Assembly: GCA_900128395.1 (NCBI GenBank)
Contig: LT649260.1
Coordinates: forward strand, 1-54,609
DNA length: 54,609 nt
Direction: 5' to 3'
Origin: Stramenopiles sp. TOSAG23-2
Lineage: Eukaryota
This document shows, piece by piece, positions 43,052-54,609 of the stretch. Position numbers and translations under genes: made by a program. Every line of letters starts with the position of its first letter. Position 1 is the first letter of the stretch. The notes beneath the pieces were generated by a model. That model saw only the letters and a list, made by a program, of their open reading frames with translations, was not told the origin of the DNA and did not search any database.

Positions 43052-45676
43052 TTAATTCCATTTTCTGAATACTGGTTGACATGCTTCGCCAACTAACAGT
43101 CCATCTGTATTTCCTTGATCCAATGCTTTTTTGTATACAACTAATGATTCTTTATATGCACGAATAATGTAATCAATATCTTTTTCAGTATGTGTATAAC
43201 AAGGTACAAAAATACCTTGGTAAAGAACACCACGAGCAATCATCTCTTGCAAAAATAATGTTCTTAATGCAGCATTAAAGACACCTTCACTATCTTTAAA
43301 GATGGAAATGCTTACCCAGGTGTTATTCATGACTTGGATATTTTTTTCCATACCAGCATCTATAACAGCTTGCCTTATGCCAGCATCTAAACGCGCTACC
43401 ATACGATGTTGATGCCCAATAACATCATTGTCACGGTATGTTTGTATTACAGCTAATGCAGCGGCTAAGCCGTGTGCTTCAGCACCATGTGTAGTTGAGC
43501 ATAAAAATAAACGTGGATATTCTTTTCCATCTTTATCAAAATGTTTTTTTATGCCACCAATATCCATAATTGCTGCTTTCCCTGTCATTGCACAGAAGGA
43601 ATAACCATTTCCAATGGATTTACCCCAACAGCAAATATCAGCATCATAACCATATACAGTTGTGGCACCAGGGAAACCGGAACGATAACCACTAACCATT
43701 TCATCCACAATGAATACAATACCATTTTCTTTACAAATTTGTCCAATTTCTAGATGTGCCTTAGCAACTTCTTCTTTTGAATATTTACATGCATCTGCAA
43801 TGGAATCTGGCTCAGTAATTAATCCAGCGATTTGATCTGGGTATTTAGCAATCAAATCTCTCAATGACTGTGGATTCATACTATCATACGTTACTGTCAT
43901 AGCTGCAATTTCTTTTGGGATACCAAAATCACATGGCGTAGTGCAAATAAACCAATCATCGTAAGAGTAAAATGGATGATTATGTGGCCTTGCAACCAAT
44001 TTTCTGCCAGTATAACCGCGTGCTAATTTCATAGCAGCAGTTGTTACCGTCGAACCATTTTTTGCCATTTTAATACGATCATGACCTGGAATTTGTGCTA
44101 GAAATTCTTTTGCTAATTTCCTTTCCAAATCTGCTGGACGTTGAAAATTTGCACCTAAATATAGTTGTTTAACGACTTCTTCAATTACAGGTTTATATGC
44201 ATGGCCTAGACTGATACTAGTCAACCCCATGGAGCAATCGACATATTCATTACCATCAATATCCCATACGTGAGAACCATCTCCACGTGCAATTGCTGCT
44301 GGGGATCGTTCTGGGAATTGATCATCGCCTTTTGAATACGTATGGGCGCCACCTGGGATCAATTGGTGAATTTCACTGCGGTATACATTCGATTTGGTGA
44401 AGTTTGTGATCAATTTGATTGGACGTACTTCCCCTTCTGCCATTGTACCTGGTGTGACCGGCATTTCAATACCAGTTTTTGTATATGCATTGGAAATTTT
44501 TGCAACTGCAGCAATAACATCATTGACATCATCGTTCGTCATCAATGGGAAACATGGCAATGTGATCATTTGTCTGTATGTTGCCATTGCATTTGGACAA
44601 GTCGTTTCTAACGGATATTTACCGTCAAAATTTTTTTGGTAAAAAGCATGTGCATGGACTGGCATGTAATGAACATTTACACCAATATTTTCCTTACGTA
44701 AAGCAACGTAAAATGCATCACGATCACATGATAATTTTTCCAAATCAATCCTGATAACATATATATGATGTGCATTTAAAACATCAGGTATGTTAACGAT
44801 TGGGTTGATTGTATCGAATTTGCTGAATGCATCATTGTACATTGATGCAATTTCATTACGGCGTTTTATGAATTTGTCAATTTTGTTCACTTGACTGGAA
44901 CCCAATCCACATTGCATATCAGTAATACGATAATTATATCCTAAACTAACCATATCATAACGATGGGATGCTTGTGCTTCCCGTGCACGATAATCACGGT
45001 TGATACCATGTGAACGGAATATACACATTTGTTTGTAGTAATCTTCATTGTTAGTCACAATCATACCACCTTCTCCAGTAGTAATATTTTTCACTGGATG
45101 GAAGCTTAATGTTGTCAAATCAGCGATGCTACCAACTTTACGTCCTTTGTAAGTTGCACCAAGTGCATGCGAAGCGTCTTCAATTAAAATCAAATTATGA
45201 CGTCTACATATTTCAAGTAGAGGATCTAAATCAACTGGTTGACCACACATATCAACTGCTATGATTGCTTTCGTGCGTGGCGTGATCAACCCTTCGACAC
45301 TATCCACATCGATATTAAGCGTATCTGGGTTGACATCAGCAAAGACTACAGTTGCGCCTTCATAAAGAACAGAGTTGGATGATGCAACAAAAGTAACATC
45401 TGCGACAATAACTTCGTCACCTTTTGTAATACCAGCAGCATTCACAGCAACATGCAAAGCAGCAGTACCATTGCAAACAGCTACGCCATACTTTGCACCA
45501 GTATAATCGCATACATCTTGTTCAAATTTTCCAACACGTGGACCAGTTGTTAAGTATGGATCGGTAATACATTTCACCACTTCTTTGATATCATTTTCAT
45601 CAATTGTTTGTTTACCATATGGTAAATTGGACTCACGTACTGGTTTGCCACCATTCACAGCTAAAAAGGATGCCAT
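43052..45676 (-). CDS. Fusion of a PseC/SpsC-like DegT/DnrJ sugar aminotransferase and a GSA-aminomutase-like class-III aminotransferase
   Basis: N-half: 'LPYGKQTIDENDI', 'NGTAALH', 'IEDASHALG', 'SFHPVKNITTGEGG' (K196), 'LGYNYRITD', 'VNVHYMPVH'. C-half from ~aa 425: 'IPGGAHTYSKGDDQFP', 'KNGSTVTTAA', 'DEMVSGYR', 'WGKSIGNG' (K686), 'STTHGAE'. Confidence 0.9.
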   Translation of the reverse strand: MASFLAVNGGKPVRESNLPYGKQTIDENDIKEVVKCITDPYLTTGPRVGKFEQDVCDYTGAKYGVAVCNGTAALHVAVNAAGITKGDEVIVADVTFVASSNSVLYEGATVVFADVNPDTLNIDVDSVEGLITPRTKAIIAVDMCGQPVDLDPLLEICRRHNLILIEDASHALGATYKGRKVGSIADLTTLSFHPVKNITTGEGGMIVTNNEDYYKQMCIFRSHGINRDYRAREAQASHRYDMVSLGYNYRITDMQCGLGSSQVNKIDKFIKRRNEIASMYNDAFSKFDTINPIVNIPDVLNAHHIYVIRIDLEKLSCDRDAFYVALRKENIGVNVHYMPVHAHAFYQKNFDGKYPLETTCPNAMATYRQMITLPCFPLMTNDDVNDVIAAVAKISNAYTKTGIEMPVTPGTMAEGEVRPIKLITNFTKSNVYRSEIHQLIPGGAHTYSKGDDQFPERSPAAIARGDGSHVWDIDGNEYVDCSMGLTSISLGHAYKPVIEEVVKQLYLGANFQRPADLERKLAKEFLAQIPGHDRIKMAKNGSTVTTAAMKLARGYTGRKLVARPHNHPFYSYDDWFICTTPCDFGIPKEIAAMTVTYDSMNPQSLRDLIAKYPDQIAGLITEPDSIADACKYSKEEVAKAHLEIGQICKENGIVFIVDEMVSGYRSGFPGATTVYGYDADICCWGKSIGNGYSFCAMTGKAAIMDIGGIKKHFDKDGKEYPRLFLCSTTHGAEAHGLAAALAVIQTYRDNDVIGHQHRMVARLDAGIRQAVIDAGMEKNIQVMNNTWVSISIFKDSEGVFNAALRTLFLQEMIARGVLYQGIFVPCYTHTEKDIDYIIRAYKESLVVYKKALDQGNTDGLLVGEACQPVFRKWN

Positions 45677-47035
45677 AATTTATAATAAAATAAAAATTTA
45701 TATAAAATAATATAATTTTAAAAATATAATATATAATCTACCGTGGTTGTTTTTTTTTAACTTGATTGATTCGACTATTGCTACAAATAAACAGAAGTAG
45801 AATGCTTTATATTTTGTTTTTCTCGTAATCAACAGGAATAGGACACATATGTTTCTCTACCACAACTCGTCGATCAATATGTGCATATTGCATATATATA
45901 TATGTAAAATGACATTGATTGTATTTTTGTGTTTTCAATAGTGTGTCGTTAATCAACATACTTCGGATTATTCATCTATCTCTCTTCTCATGTGCATTAA
46001 TAAATATTATTTAATATATAAATGTAAAATGACATTGATTGTATTTTTGTGTTTTCAATAGTGTGTCGTTATGTATTTGTATAGATTGACATGACAATTA
46101 TCACGATTAAACAGGTATGGATGGAATTATTTCTATATATACATTATGTGCATAAATGAACCTATTCGGGATAATTATACAGCAAAATCTACCAAGACTG
46201 TGAAATTGAAATATTTAAATAAAATTTGTTACATTATAATTAGTGTTAAATTTTACAATTCAGATTGAGTCATTTTTATGACATGTTCCCTACAACTAAA
46301 ATCGTATCTCAATAGGTTTTGTTATTTTTCAACCAGAATTTTGGAAATTTCGAAGGGAATATATGGAAATATTTCGGAAACAACTGGAAAATTGCTAAAA
46401 ATATTATATGAAAAGAGTGATGGTTATTGGTTGCTAAAATCAATTATGAAATAGTTGCAACGATAGCCATGTATCGAAAACTGCTCTTTTTTAGCAAACG
46501 TTTCAAGTCGATAGGCACGTGCGCCGGCATGTGCAGTTGATCGATGAAGTAAGTTTTACAATAGTACAGTATAGTATAGTATTACAAGAGTGTATGGCAA
46601 TATAGATGTATATAGTGTGTAGTGTTAATAATAGTTAATATAGATGTTGACATGTTGATATCAGAAACAACAAATTTTTTAGTACCAAATGTATTAGTCA
46701 AATACGCAGTAAAAATACCTATTTAAATGTAAAATTACAAAAAAGAAGGTTAAGGTTTTTTCAATTTTTTTATTATTTTTGGTTAAGGTGTTTGTTAAGG
46801 TAAAGGTGTTTTATTTTATTTTCTTTTCTTTATTTTATTGAATTTTTTTATTGAATTTTTTCATGAAAAGTATAGATGTTTATGAGCAACGTAAACGTGC
46901 TTCCATGTGATTTCATGAATTTTTTTATAAATTTCTTTTCTTTGAATTATCATATATATTATTTGTTCATTTATCATTATTACTATTAAATCATAAATGG
47001 AGAGATCGTCATAACAATAATTGAATAGAATCATC

Positions 47036-48676
47036 ATGGAAAAAAAAATATTCACATTTAGTATACCAATTGTCATTTTAATTTTAAGCATTATAATATA
47101 TCAGAGTTATTATAATATTTCACTATCATCCAATAATAATATCATGGAAAAAAAAATATTCACATTTAGTATACCAATTGTCATTTTAATTTTAAGCATT
47201 ATAATATATCAGAGTTATTATAATATTTCACTATCATCCAATAATAATAGTAATAATAATAATGAACCATTTTCTGATAATAAACAAAAACAATTATCAA
47301 ACCAAGATATTAATGATATTCAACAATTTTTTCATAAAGCATCAGAAAACCATTATCAAGGAAAAATTGAACAAGCATTTTTGTATTATGATAAGATAGA
47401 TAAAATATTTCTAAATCCATCAACACCTCGAAAAAATGAAAAACAAAAAAAAAATCTATCTAATTTATCCATTTCACGTATAAAATATGAAATTAATATG
47501 GGACGTGGTAGCATTAAACAAGAGCAAGGTCAATTCAAAGACGCGATAAAATATTTCATAATTGCCAGTAAACACAATGTAAAAGAAGATTTAGCATTAT
47601 TTAGTATGATTACGCATTTAGCAAATAAAGCTAAACAATTTAATTTGGCAAAGACTTATCATAAAAAATGGATTGAACAAGATCCAAATAATATAGAAGC
47701 ATGGTATTTCTTTGCAGTTCATTTAGAAAAGTATTATAATAACAAACGAAATAACGATGCGTTGGAGAAATATTTGAAAGCTATAGATTTATTGAAAGGA
47801 AAAAAAATATCGATATTTGAAACTATAAAAAGTCTCCCGGCATCATCATCATCATCATCATCATCGTCCAATCAATTTTTAATATGGAATGCTGTATATC
47901 ATAGTATTGGTAGACTTTTACGTAAAATGAAGCGTGGGAATGAAGCGGAAGATTATTATGAGCAAGGATATGAATATAAATTATGGCCACATCCATTAAG
48001 GAGATTTATATCAAATAATAGACGGCCAAAATATAATAGTTTACCACATATACCAGCATCAAATACAAAATTTTATCCAAAAAAAGTTGTTACCATGTTG
48101 GAAATGAATTATCGTAAAATAAAAGAAGAATTATATCAATTTGTCGCTTCAAGTGTTAATGAAAATAATAGGAATATTAACAATAGCAATAATAAAGAAT
48201 TATTATCATTTAAATTAGAAAATGAAATGTTACATAATAATGGTAAATGGAATCAACTACGGATATATGAAAATAATATGTATAATGATGATAAAAAACA
48301 TATCTGCCATATTTTTAAGACTACGTGTTCCATATTCGATAAAATAATACGTTTCAATAAAGATAAATGTCGTCGTCGTAGTGGTAATGATGATGCATGT
48401 TTAGATTTAATGATTTATTTTTCTAAATTATCACCTGGTACAGTTATAACACCACATTGTGGACCAAGTTTTCGGCGTTTACGAATTCATTTAGGAATAT
48501 CAATCCCAGAACCAAAAAAATGCAGCATAAACGTTGCAAATAGATTAATCTATCAATGGAAAGAAGGGGAAGTATTTGTATTTGATGATTCGTTTGAACA
48601 TTTTGTAAAACATGATGGTAAAAAAGATCGAATTATTTTAGTCGTTGATATCGTACATCCAAATGAATATTTATAA
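47036..48676 (+). CDS. Type II membrane TPR + aspartyl/asparaginyl beta-hydroxylase domain protein
   Basis: N-terminal signal anchor (duplicated in frame, 108-bp period), TPR-like helices, and 'FSKLSPGTVITPHCGP...LRIHLG...WKEGEVFVFDDSFEH.V.H....RIILVVDI.HP'. Confidence 0.88.
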   Translation: MEKKIFTFSIPIVILILSIIIYQSYYNISLSSNNNIMEKKIFTFSIPIVILILSIIIYQSYYNISLSSNNNSNNNNEPFSDNKQKQLSNQDINDIQQFFHKASENHYQGKIEQAFLYYDKIDKIFLNPSTPRKNEKQKKNLSNLSISRIKYEINMGRGSIKQEQGQFKDAIKYFIIASKHNVKEDLALFSMITHLANKAKQFNLAKTYHKKWIEQDPNNIEAWYFFAVHLEKYYNNKRNNDALEKYLKAIDLLKGKKISIFETIKSLPASSSSSSSSSNQFLIWNAVYHSIGRLLRKMKRGNEAEDYYEQGYEYKLWPHPLRRFISNNRRPKYNSLPHIPASNTKFYPKKVVTMLEMNYRKIKEELYQFVASSVNENNRNINNSNNKELLSFKLENEMLHNNGKWNQLRIYENNMYNDDKKHICHIFKTTCSIFDKIIRFNKDKCRRRSGNDDACLDLMIYFSKLSPGTVITPHCGPSFRRLRIHLGISIPEPKKCSINVANRLIYQWKEGEVFVFDDSFEHFVKHDGKKDRIILVVDIVHPNEYL

Positions 48677-49124
48677 AAATTTTTATATGATCTCCTCAAA
48701 AAATGTATTCTTTTGAAGGAGTATTAGGAAATTATCAGAGTGTACGAAGTTTGTAATGAGTAAAATTAAAAAATTCTGGTGCAAAATATTAAAAAACCTA
48801 CATGTGCGTAAAATTATATACGCCGTATATTTAAATACGAACCGGTTCGAATTTAATAATTACGAGAGAGAGTATTTAATCATTATATATATATCATAGA
48901 GATTCCCTGAGGAGATGAGAGATGGAGAATTTTTTTTAATTATCTTCAACACTCTTCAAGTTTTTGTATTTTTTCATCACTGGCCAGATTTATACTGAAA
49001 AACAATTAACCGCTATCACATGGCAGTTACAACAATAATGTCGATATATTTGCCTCTAATATAATTCATTTTCAACAACAATATAATTGATATGGACAAA
49101 ATGTCGTTTTATACTCAATGTAAT

Positions 49125-49827
49125 TCATTTGTCATAAATTTCATTTGAATATTCCTTATAATTAAATTTATCATTAAAGATTGGATTGTGAATATAACCA
49201 TCTTTATCCGGTTTAAGCTCATTTTTTTCCTTTGTAGTAAGTTCTACATCATTTTTTCTCTTTATTTGCTTCCATTTTGCAAATTTACTTTTCATTTCCG
49301 TATACATTTCTTTTATAGATGTATATTGTATCTTTAAAGTCTATATTTTATTGTGTGTGTATTTATACAAAATAGTAAAATATTTTTTAATTAAATGTTA
49401 GTTCTTTTACATATTTTCATATATCTCTAGCAAAATTATAATATAGGGGAAAAAATAAATATAAAAAAACTTACTTGATATACGAAAATACTAATTGCAA
49501 CAACAAACAAAAGTAATCCAAGCCATTCAGAAATTACAATAAAAGAATAACTTCCTTTACTTTTTGCAAGAAGTTTTTCTGGTATGGACATGGTTGAATT
49601 TAACATATATCTATATTTGAACCTGTAATTTCCAATGTATTCGATACAGCAACATGATTATTTCCAGAAATCGTACAATTTATCGACCGTGTAAATATCC
49701 CAGTATTTGTTGATGAAACACAATCCCATTCGATACCGTGAACATTATCAAATAATTTTAACATATATATTATGATAACACTGATATATACGTTTATTGA
49801 TTGTCGTACCCATTTTCTCGTCATCAT
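49125..49827 (-). pseudogene. Internally deleted, frameshifted remnant of a secreted/membrane protein gene; intron 49474-49341
   Basis: A signal peptide plus 'EWDCVSSTNTG..TRSINCTISG' is joined out of frame near 49605 to a TM segment 'EWLGLLLFVVAISIFVYQ'. Intron GTAAGT...ACTAAC...TAG splices this in frame to 'TLKIQYTSIKEMYTEMK...'. Confidence 0.55.
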
Positions 49828-50442
49828 TATTGTAAATTAAAGAGTCAATTATATATAATTATCCAATGGAACCAATGATTCGAAAAAAAGAAAAAAAAAG
49901 CGTATGAGTTGTCGGGTGGTATATTCGACAATGGATAAAAATATAGTAGTTATCTTATAAATATGTATTTAATCTATATTAAATTGTCTTTTTTTTGTCA
50001 TTACACCAGAGGGAAGACGGGAAGAAACTTGTCTATCACATGTGTGTAAATGTGTCCTCCATTCATGCAATTTTGCAATTTTTTGATAATTTTTATTCTT
50101 CTGCAAACCGGGCCGATTCCCTATATCTACATCAGGGAAGGAGTATTGTATATATTAATAAGTACATACAAATCACTCGGTAACATTTTGATACATGTTA
50201 GTATATTAACGTAAAATCCAGGTGGAGGGTTGATAGGCAGATTTTACGAACCCAGCACCCCTATATCTTCATTTGGGGATTGGGTTATTACATATACTAA
50301 TATATACACTTAATAAATCGATTGCACAATTAGTACATATTAGTATACTAATTTACGATCCATTGGGATGGTAGATAGGTTGGGAAAAAAACGAAAACAC
50401 CTTAACTCTTCTTTTAACTCTTTTTTTTCTTTTTGTGAAAAT

Positions 50443-53168
50443 CTACGCATTAAAACGTGCACGATTCATAGTAGACATATTAGTCCACATGGCGCTGCTT
50501 CCAAGTCTTATTGTACTTGCATAATTTTTCGTATCACTACTACGATTGTTTGCATTACTACGAGACATACTTGGTTTTCCTCCTTTTCTTATTTTTTCCT
50601 TCTCGTTTTGTTCTTCTAATTCTTTTCTTGCCTCTTCTATTGCTTTTTCTGAAACAGATTTCATACCTTGCTCTAACGCTTCTAGTAAATGATTATACGA
50701 TTCCCATCCAATACTAGCATCATTTACTACAATGGCTGCTTTCAAAGCTTTCATAAAAGCATGTTTACAACGCTGTGCTTTATTATAATATTTATCATCA
50801 CCAATAACAGCACAACCACATTTTGCTAAAATCAATAATTCATTATCGATTCTAACAATCGATCTATTCCATTCTTGTTGCAATTCCAATAAATCCTCTT
50901 TATTTTTACGGAATATAGCATTTTTCTTACGTTTGATATCATCCATATCGTTTTTAACATATTGTAACAAGCGCCTTGATGATCGAATAAATATTTTGAA
51001 CGCATTTCTATCCATAAATTCATTCGAAGAGGATGATTTGCATCCATTCCTAAACATAGTAGTAATTCGTACTTGTGGCAATGTTGGATCAATTTCTAAC
51101 AATAATGATTTAAATTCATTGATCATCAATCCTTTCTTTTTCTCTTTCACTGCTTTTTCGGTATATATTTTATCCAATGTCTCTTCCATACGATTTCCTG
51201 CTTTTAAATATTCCGCTACTAGAACATCCATGAAAACATCTAATGTAGTTGGAAGCAAAGCATCGATGTGCTCCATTGTAGCTTTAATTTCAACCGGTTG
51301 TAATCGCAATGCAAATGGCCCTATCTCTGACATTGTGTCTGAATTTAACGTACTTTTCACAATTACACGTTTTGCAATGCTAATTCCAATCCATTGGCTA
51401 ATTTCATAATCCCCGCGTTCTATTGAATGCCAAATACTTCCATGCGTATTGTTGCCCTGTAAATTTAAAAAATTATCCCAACATAACAAGTAGAAATTTA
51501 ACACGTTGTCATCTAAAAATGGACCTGGGCCAAGCATACAAAAGCGTTCAATGGCTCTAACTCGAGGAGATACATTGCGGTGAGTGGACACCGATGCCAT
51601 CAATGATACGACACGTTTATCTGCAATTTCAAATGTCCCATATTGATTTAAATAATAATCATATATGTAATCAGTCATATTTTGCCGACTTAAACACATA
51701 CGATCATCCGCATCGTCTGCTTTGATTTTAGATATAATCAATTCCAAAATTTGTTTTAATAATTTATCAGGTTTAAGTAAGCTTACAGCATGTTGATCCC
51801 GTGTTTTTTTCTTTCCTTTTTTAAGGAACACACGTTTTGGCGGCTTTGATGCCTGTGCTAGCGCGCCGAAAAACGTACCTTCCGCTTCTAATAATTGTTC
51901 TACTTGATGACTTGCTTTTGATAAATGAGAATGATCCGAGCGAGATTTTCTTCGTTTCTTATATTTTTTATGTTTTGGTTCGACCATTGTAATATTCGAA
52001 TCAATTTTAAATGGATTGCTTGCCAATGCAACAAAATCAATATCCTCATCAACTTTTTCCTTCTCTATTCTTTTTTCAACAAGTTCAGTTTGTACACTTA
52101 CATGCCTTAGATTGTCTTTATTACCAGCCAATAAATGTTCATAGCTTTCAATTGTCGTATTTGCCATCTTTAAATCTCGATCTAATTCCTTTATATGTTT
52201 CCTCATATCATTGTTGTCGGCACGATAAAAACTTATTTTCTGTCTTGATGTTACTAATTCTTCCTCTTGATCTTTTAATTGGATTGTTTGTTCTGCAAGT
52301 TGCTTTTTTAAACCATTCGATAATGTTGTTAAACGTTCCACGTGATCCATGTTTTTTTTTAGTCCATGTTCTGTCGTAGATAAATATTTACGACCACATT
52401 GTTCCGCTTGATTCATAATCGCAATTGATCTTCCAAGCAATGTATATAATAATTCAATTAAATCTGCGGCATTTCTACATTTAGATGCCGGGTGTGTACC
52501 TTTCTTAATATTTTTTAAACTAACCAATTCCTCATCAATTGCTTCAATTTCATTATACAACTCTGTTTCTGCATTTGTCAATTGTCGTGTGGTATATTTA
52601 CTCATAATTCGACTAATAGTTTTGCGACATTGTTCTAAAAGATCCATTTTAAATTTTTCACTAACTGTTACTACGGTAGTGATTAAATGTTCCGTTGCAC
52701 TTATGAAATCATTTGATTCTAAAAATGCAGCATCCGCATCGCCTTGCAAATCAACATTTGTTTCCTTTAATCCAGTTGCAAGTGATTTCCAATATATTAT
52801 TTGATTGATTTGACTCTCATTTAGACGATTTTGTTCTTTCTTGCCATTTATCATCTTTTTAAATAAAATATTACATGTATTTTGATATGTTTCTTTTACA
52901 AGATTCATATATGATAAAAATACTTTAGCCATAATCTCTCCACGTTCTTTACACAAAGAAGCACATTGTGCAGTAACTTTTTGATAAAATGATAATATTA
53001 TTTGTAATGATTCATTATAATAACGTATTGACGTTTCAAATTCTTTGCGAAATGATGATAATGTAACTGATGAATTCATAGTATTTTGAATATTCTTACC
53101 ACCATTTTTCCCTTCATTTTTATTATATTTCGGTTTATAATCCTCACTATCACGCTTCTCTTGATTTC

Positions 53169-53216
<48 letters not shown>

Positions 53217-53373
53217 TCATTATAATAACGTATTGACGTTTCAAATTCTTTGCGAAATGATGATAATGTAACTGATGAATTCATAGTATTTTGAATATTC
53301 TTACCACCATTTTTCCCTTCATTTTTATTATATTTCGGTTTATAATCCTCACTATCACGCTTCTCTTGATTTC

Positions 53374-53433
<60 letters not shown>

Positions 53434-54206
53434 GCATGTTGTTTCCATTCTTTTTTTCTATAGTATTGTCTTCAAGTTGTTGCAAATTATTAATAGCATT
53501 AAACATTTTTAAATGTGTAATATTTTCTGTACAATCATACGAATATAATGCTGATAAGACTGGGAAATTATTAGGCAAATCATCGTCGGCATATTTAGGT
53601 GTCATTCTAGTTGCTGGATACCGATTATGTGATCGTTGTAACTGAGGTTTCTGTTGCTTTTTCTTTGGAATTTGTTCGTTCATTTGAATATAATGCTGAT
53701 AAGACTGGGAAATTATTAGGCAAATCATCGTCGGCAAAATTAGGTGTCATTCTAGTTGCTGGATACCGATTATGTGATCGTTGTAACTGAGGTTTCTGTT
53801 GCTTTTTCTTTGGAATTTGTTCGTTCATTTCTTCTAATAATTTTATTGCTTGACTTCTTGCTCCTAATATAGATGTAGGTAAATCTGGCATATCAACTAA
53901 AGAATGTAAACGCAACGCTTCAAACCGTGCAAGGGCAGACACGTCATTTACAGTATTATTTGATAATTTTGTTTTAAATTTTACGTTGTTTTTCCGTTCA
54001 CGTCGTTTTAAAAGTGGAGAAGATGGTAATTTTCTTCTACTATTGTTCTTGAACATATTATCGTAATTATTATTTTTATTATTATATTTATTGTATAATT
54101 TAGGTGAACTTTCATTTAATATTTCTTTGGCACGTTCCTCCGTCATAGGTGCTGGCTTTTTTGTTGTTCTTGCATGTGCCGAACTTGGTCTTTTTTTTCG
54201 TGTCAT
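50443..54206 (-). CDS. Large coiled-coil protein with an axonemal-dynein-light-chain/TSNAXIP1-like segment and degenerate EF-hand region; frame broken by two duplications
   Basis: Three consecutive ORFs (54206-53625, 53737-53213, 53244-50443) join once the 145- and 205-bp duplications are collapsed. Motifs 'QCASLCKERGEIMAKV' and 'DYIYDYYLNQYG...A.......ASV......PRV...RFC'. Family call is tentative. Confidence 0.65.
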
Positions 54207-54575
54207 CCTTTAAAATATATATAAATGTCAAAAAACAACTGGAAAAAATGAATTTGTAACTATCTATTTCTGCTGTTTCCTACCTCTTTATCTATTTATA
54301 TGTGTATCAAACACAAACAAAAAAAAAAACAACAACAAAAAAAAGAACACAACAATGAAATTGATTTTTTGTTGTTCTTGCATGTGCCGAACTTGGTCTT
54401 TTTTTTCGTGTCATCCTTTTAAATATATATATCTATTCACGTGTGTCAAAAAACAACTGGAAAAAATGAATTTATATTTATTTATTTCTACGTCTTTATC
54501 TATTTATATGTGTATCAAACACAAACAAAAAAAAAACACAACAACAAAAAAAAAAACACAACAATGAAATTGAAT
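54160..54575. repeat. Diverged ~208-bp tandem duplication covering the start and 5' flank of the last gene
   Basis: TTTGTTGTTCTTGCATGTGCCGAACTTGGTC...CACAACAATGAAATTGA occurs at ~54160-54364 and ~54368-54573 with indels. Confidence 0.85.
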
Positions 54576-54609
54576 GTATATCTCTATCTGTTGTTTCCTT
54601 GAAGAACAT

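Noticed and set aside
43052-44404. Annotating the C-terminal half as heme-pathway hemL
   Set aside because: It lacks the HemL 'GGVNSPVR' start; 'GGAHTYSKGDDQFP' and fusion to a sugar aminotransferase point to the polysaccharide-cluster subfamily.
46505-46560. GC-rich hairpin plus ATCGATGAAG, reminiscent of 5.8S rRNA or a Helitron end
   Set aside because: The match is about 10 nt, with no further rRNA similarity and no CTRR terminus at the expected distance.
1-54609. Poly-Asn (AAT)n tracts, (AT)n/(GT)n runs and short 6-9 bp stutters
   Set aside because: Ordinary slippage-derived low complexity in an AT-rich protist genome.

Overview
AT-rich, intron-poor eukaryotic nuclear DNA from a flagellated protist. 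A stramenopile-like source is inferred from gene content, poly-Asn tracts and GTAAGT/CTAAC/YAG introns. About 17 protein genes or gene fragments: CFAP74, a TTLL tubulin ligase, a coiled-coil protein, EMC2, an EF-hand NCKX exchanger, a bacterial-type LarA-family epimerase, aspartokinase-homoserine dehydrogenase, a 5'-truncated BK/RCK-like fragment, a large Roco protein, Hsp110, a J-domain/zinc-finger/ankyrin protein, RPC8, PI31, a fused double PLP aminotransferase, a TPR-AspH hydroxylase, a deleted membrane-protein remnant and a coiled-coil/EF-hand-like protein. Two observations stand out. (1) A complete tRNA-Thr(CGT) on the minus strand (19960-20100) has its T-loop/B-box split by a 68-nt insert with spliceosomal hallmarks (GTAAGT...GCTAAC...TAG). 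(2) A 1729-aa MORN-ankyrin-Roc-COR protein carries a Nup98-type autoprotease (HF|S) that should release a SAM-like/TIR fragment, an architecture reminiscent of NLRP1/PIDD/SARM1. Many 79-208 bp tandem duplications break reading frames and are probably assembly artefacts. Several foldback/MITE-like elements lie between genes. All family assignments come from motif recognition by eye; no searches were run.
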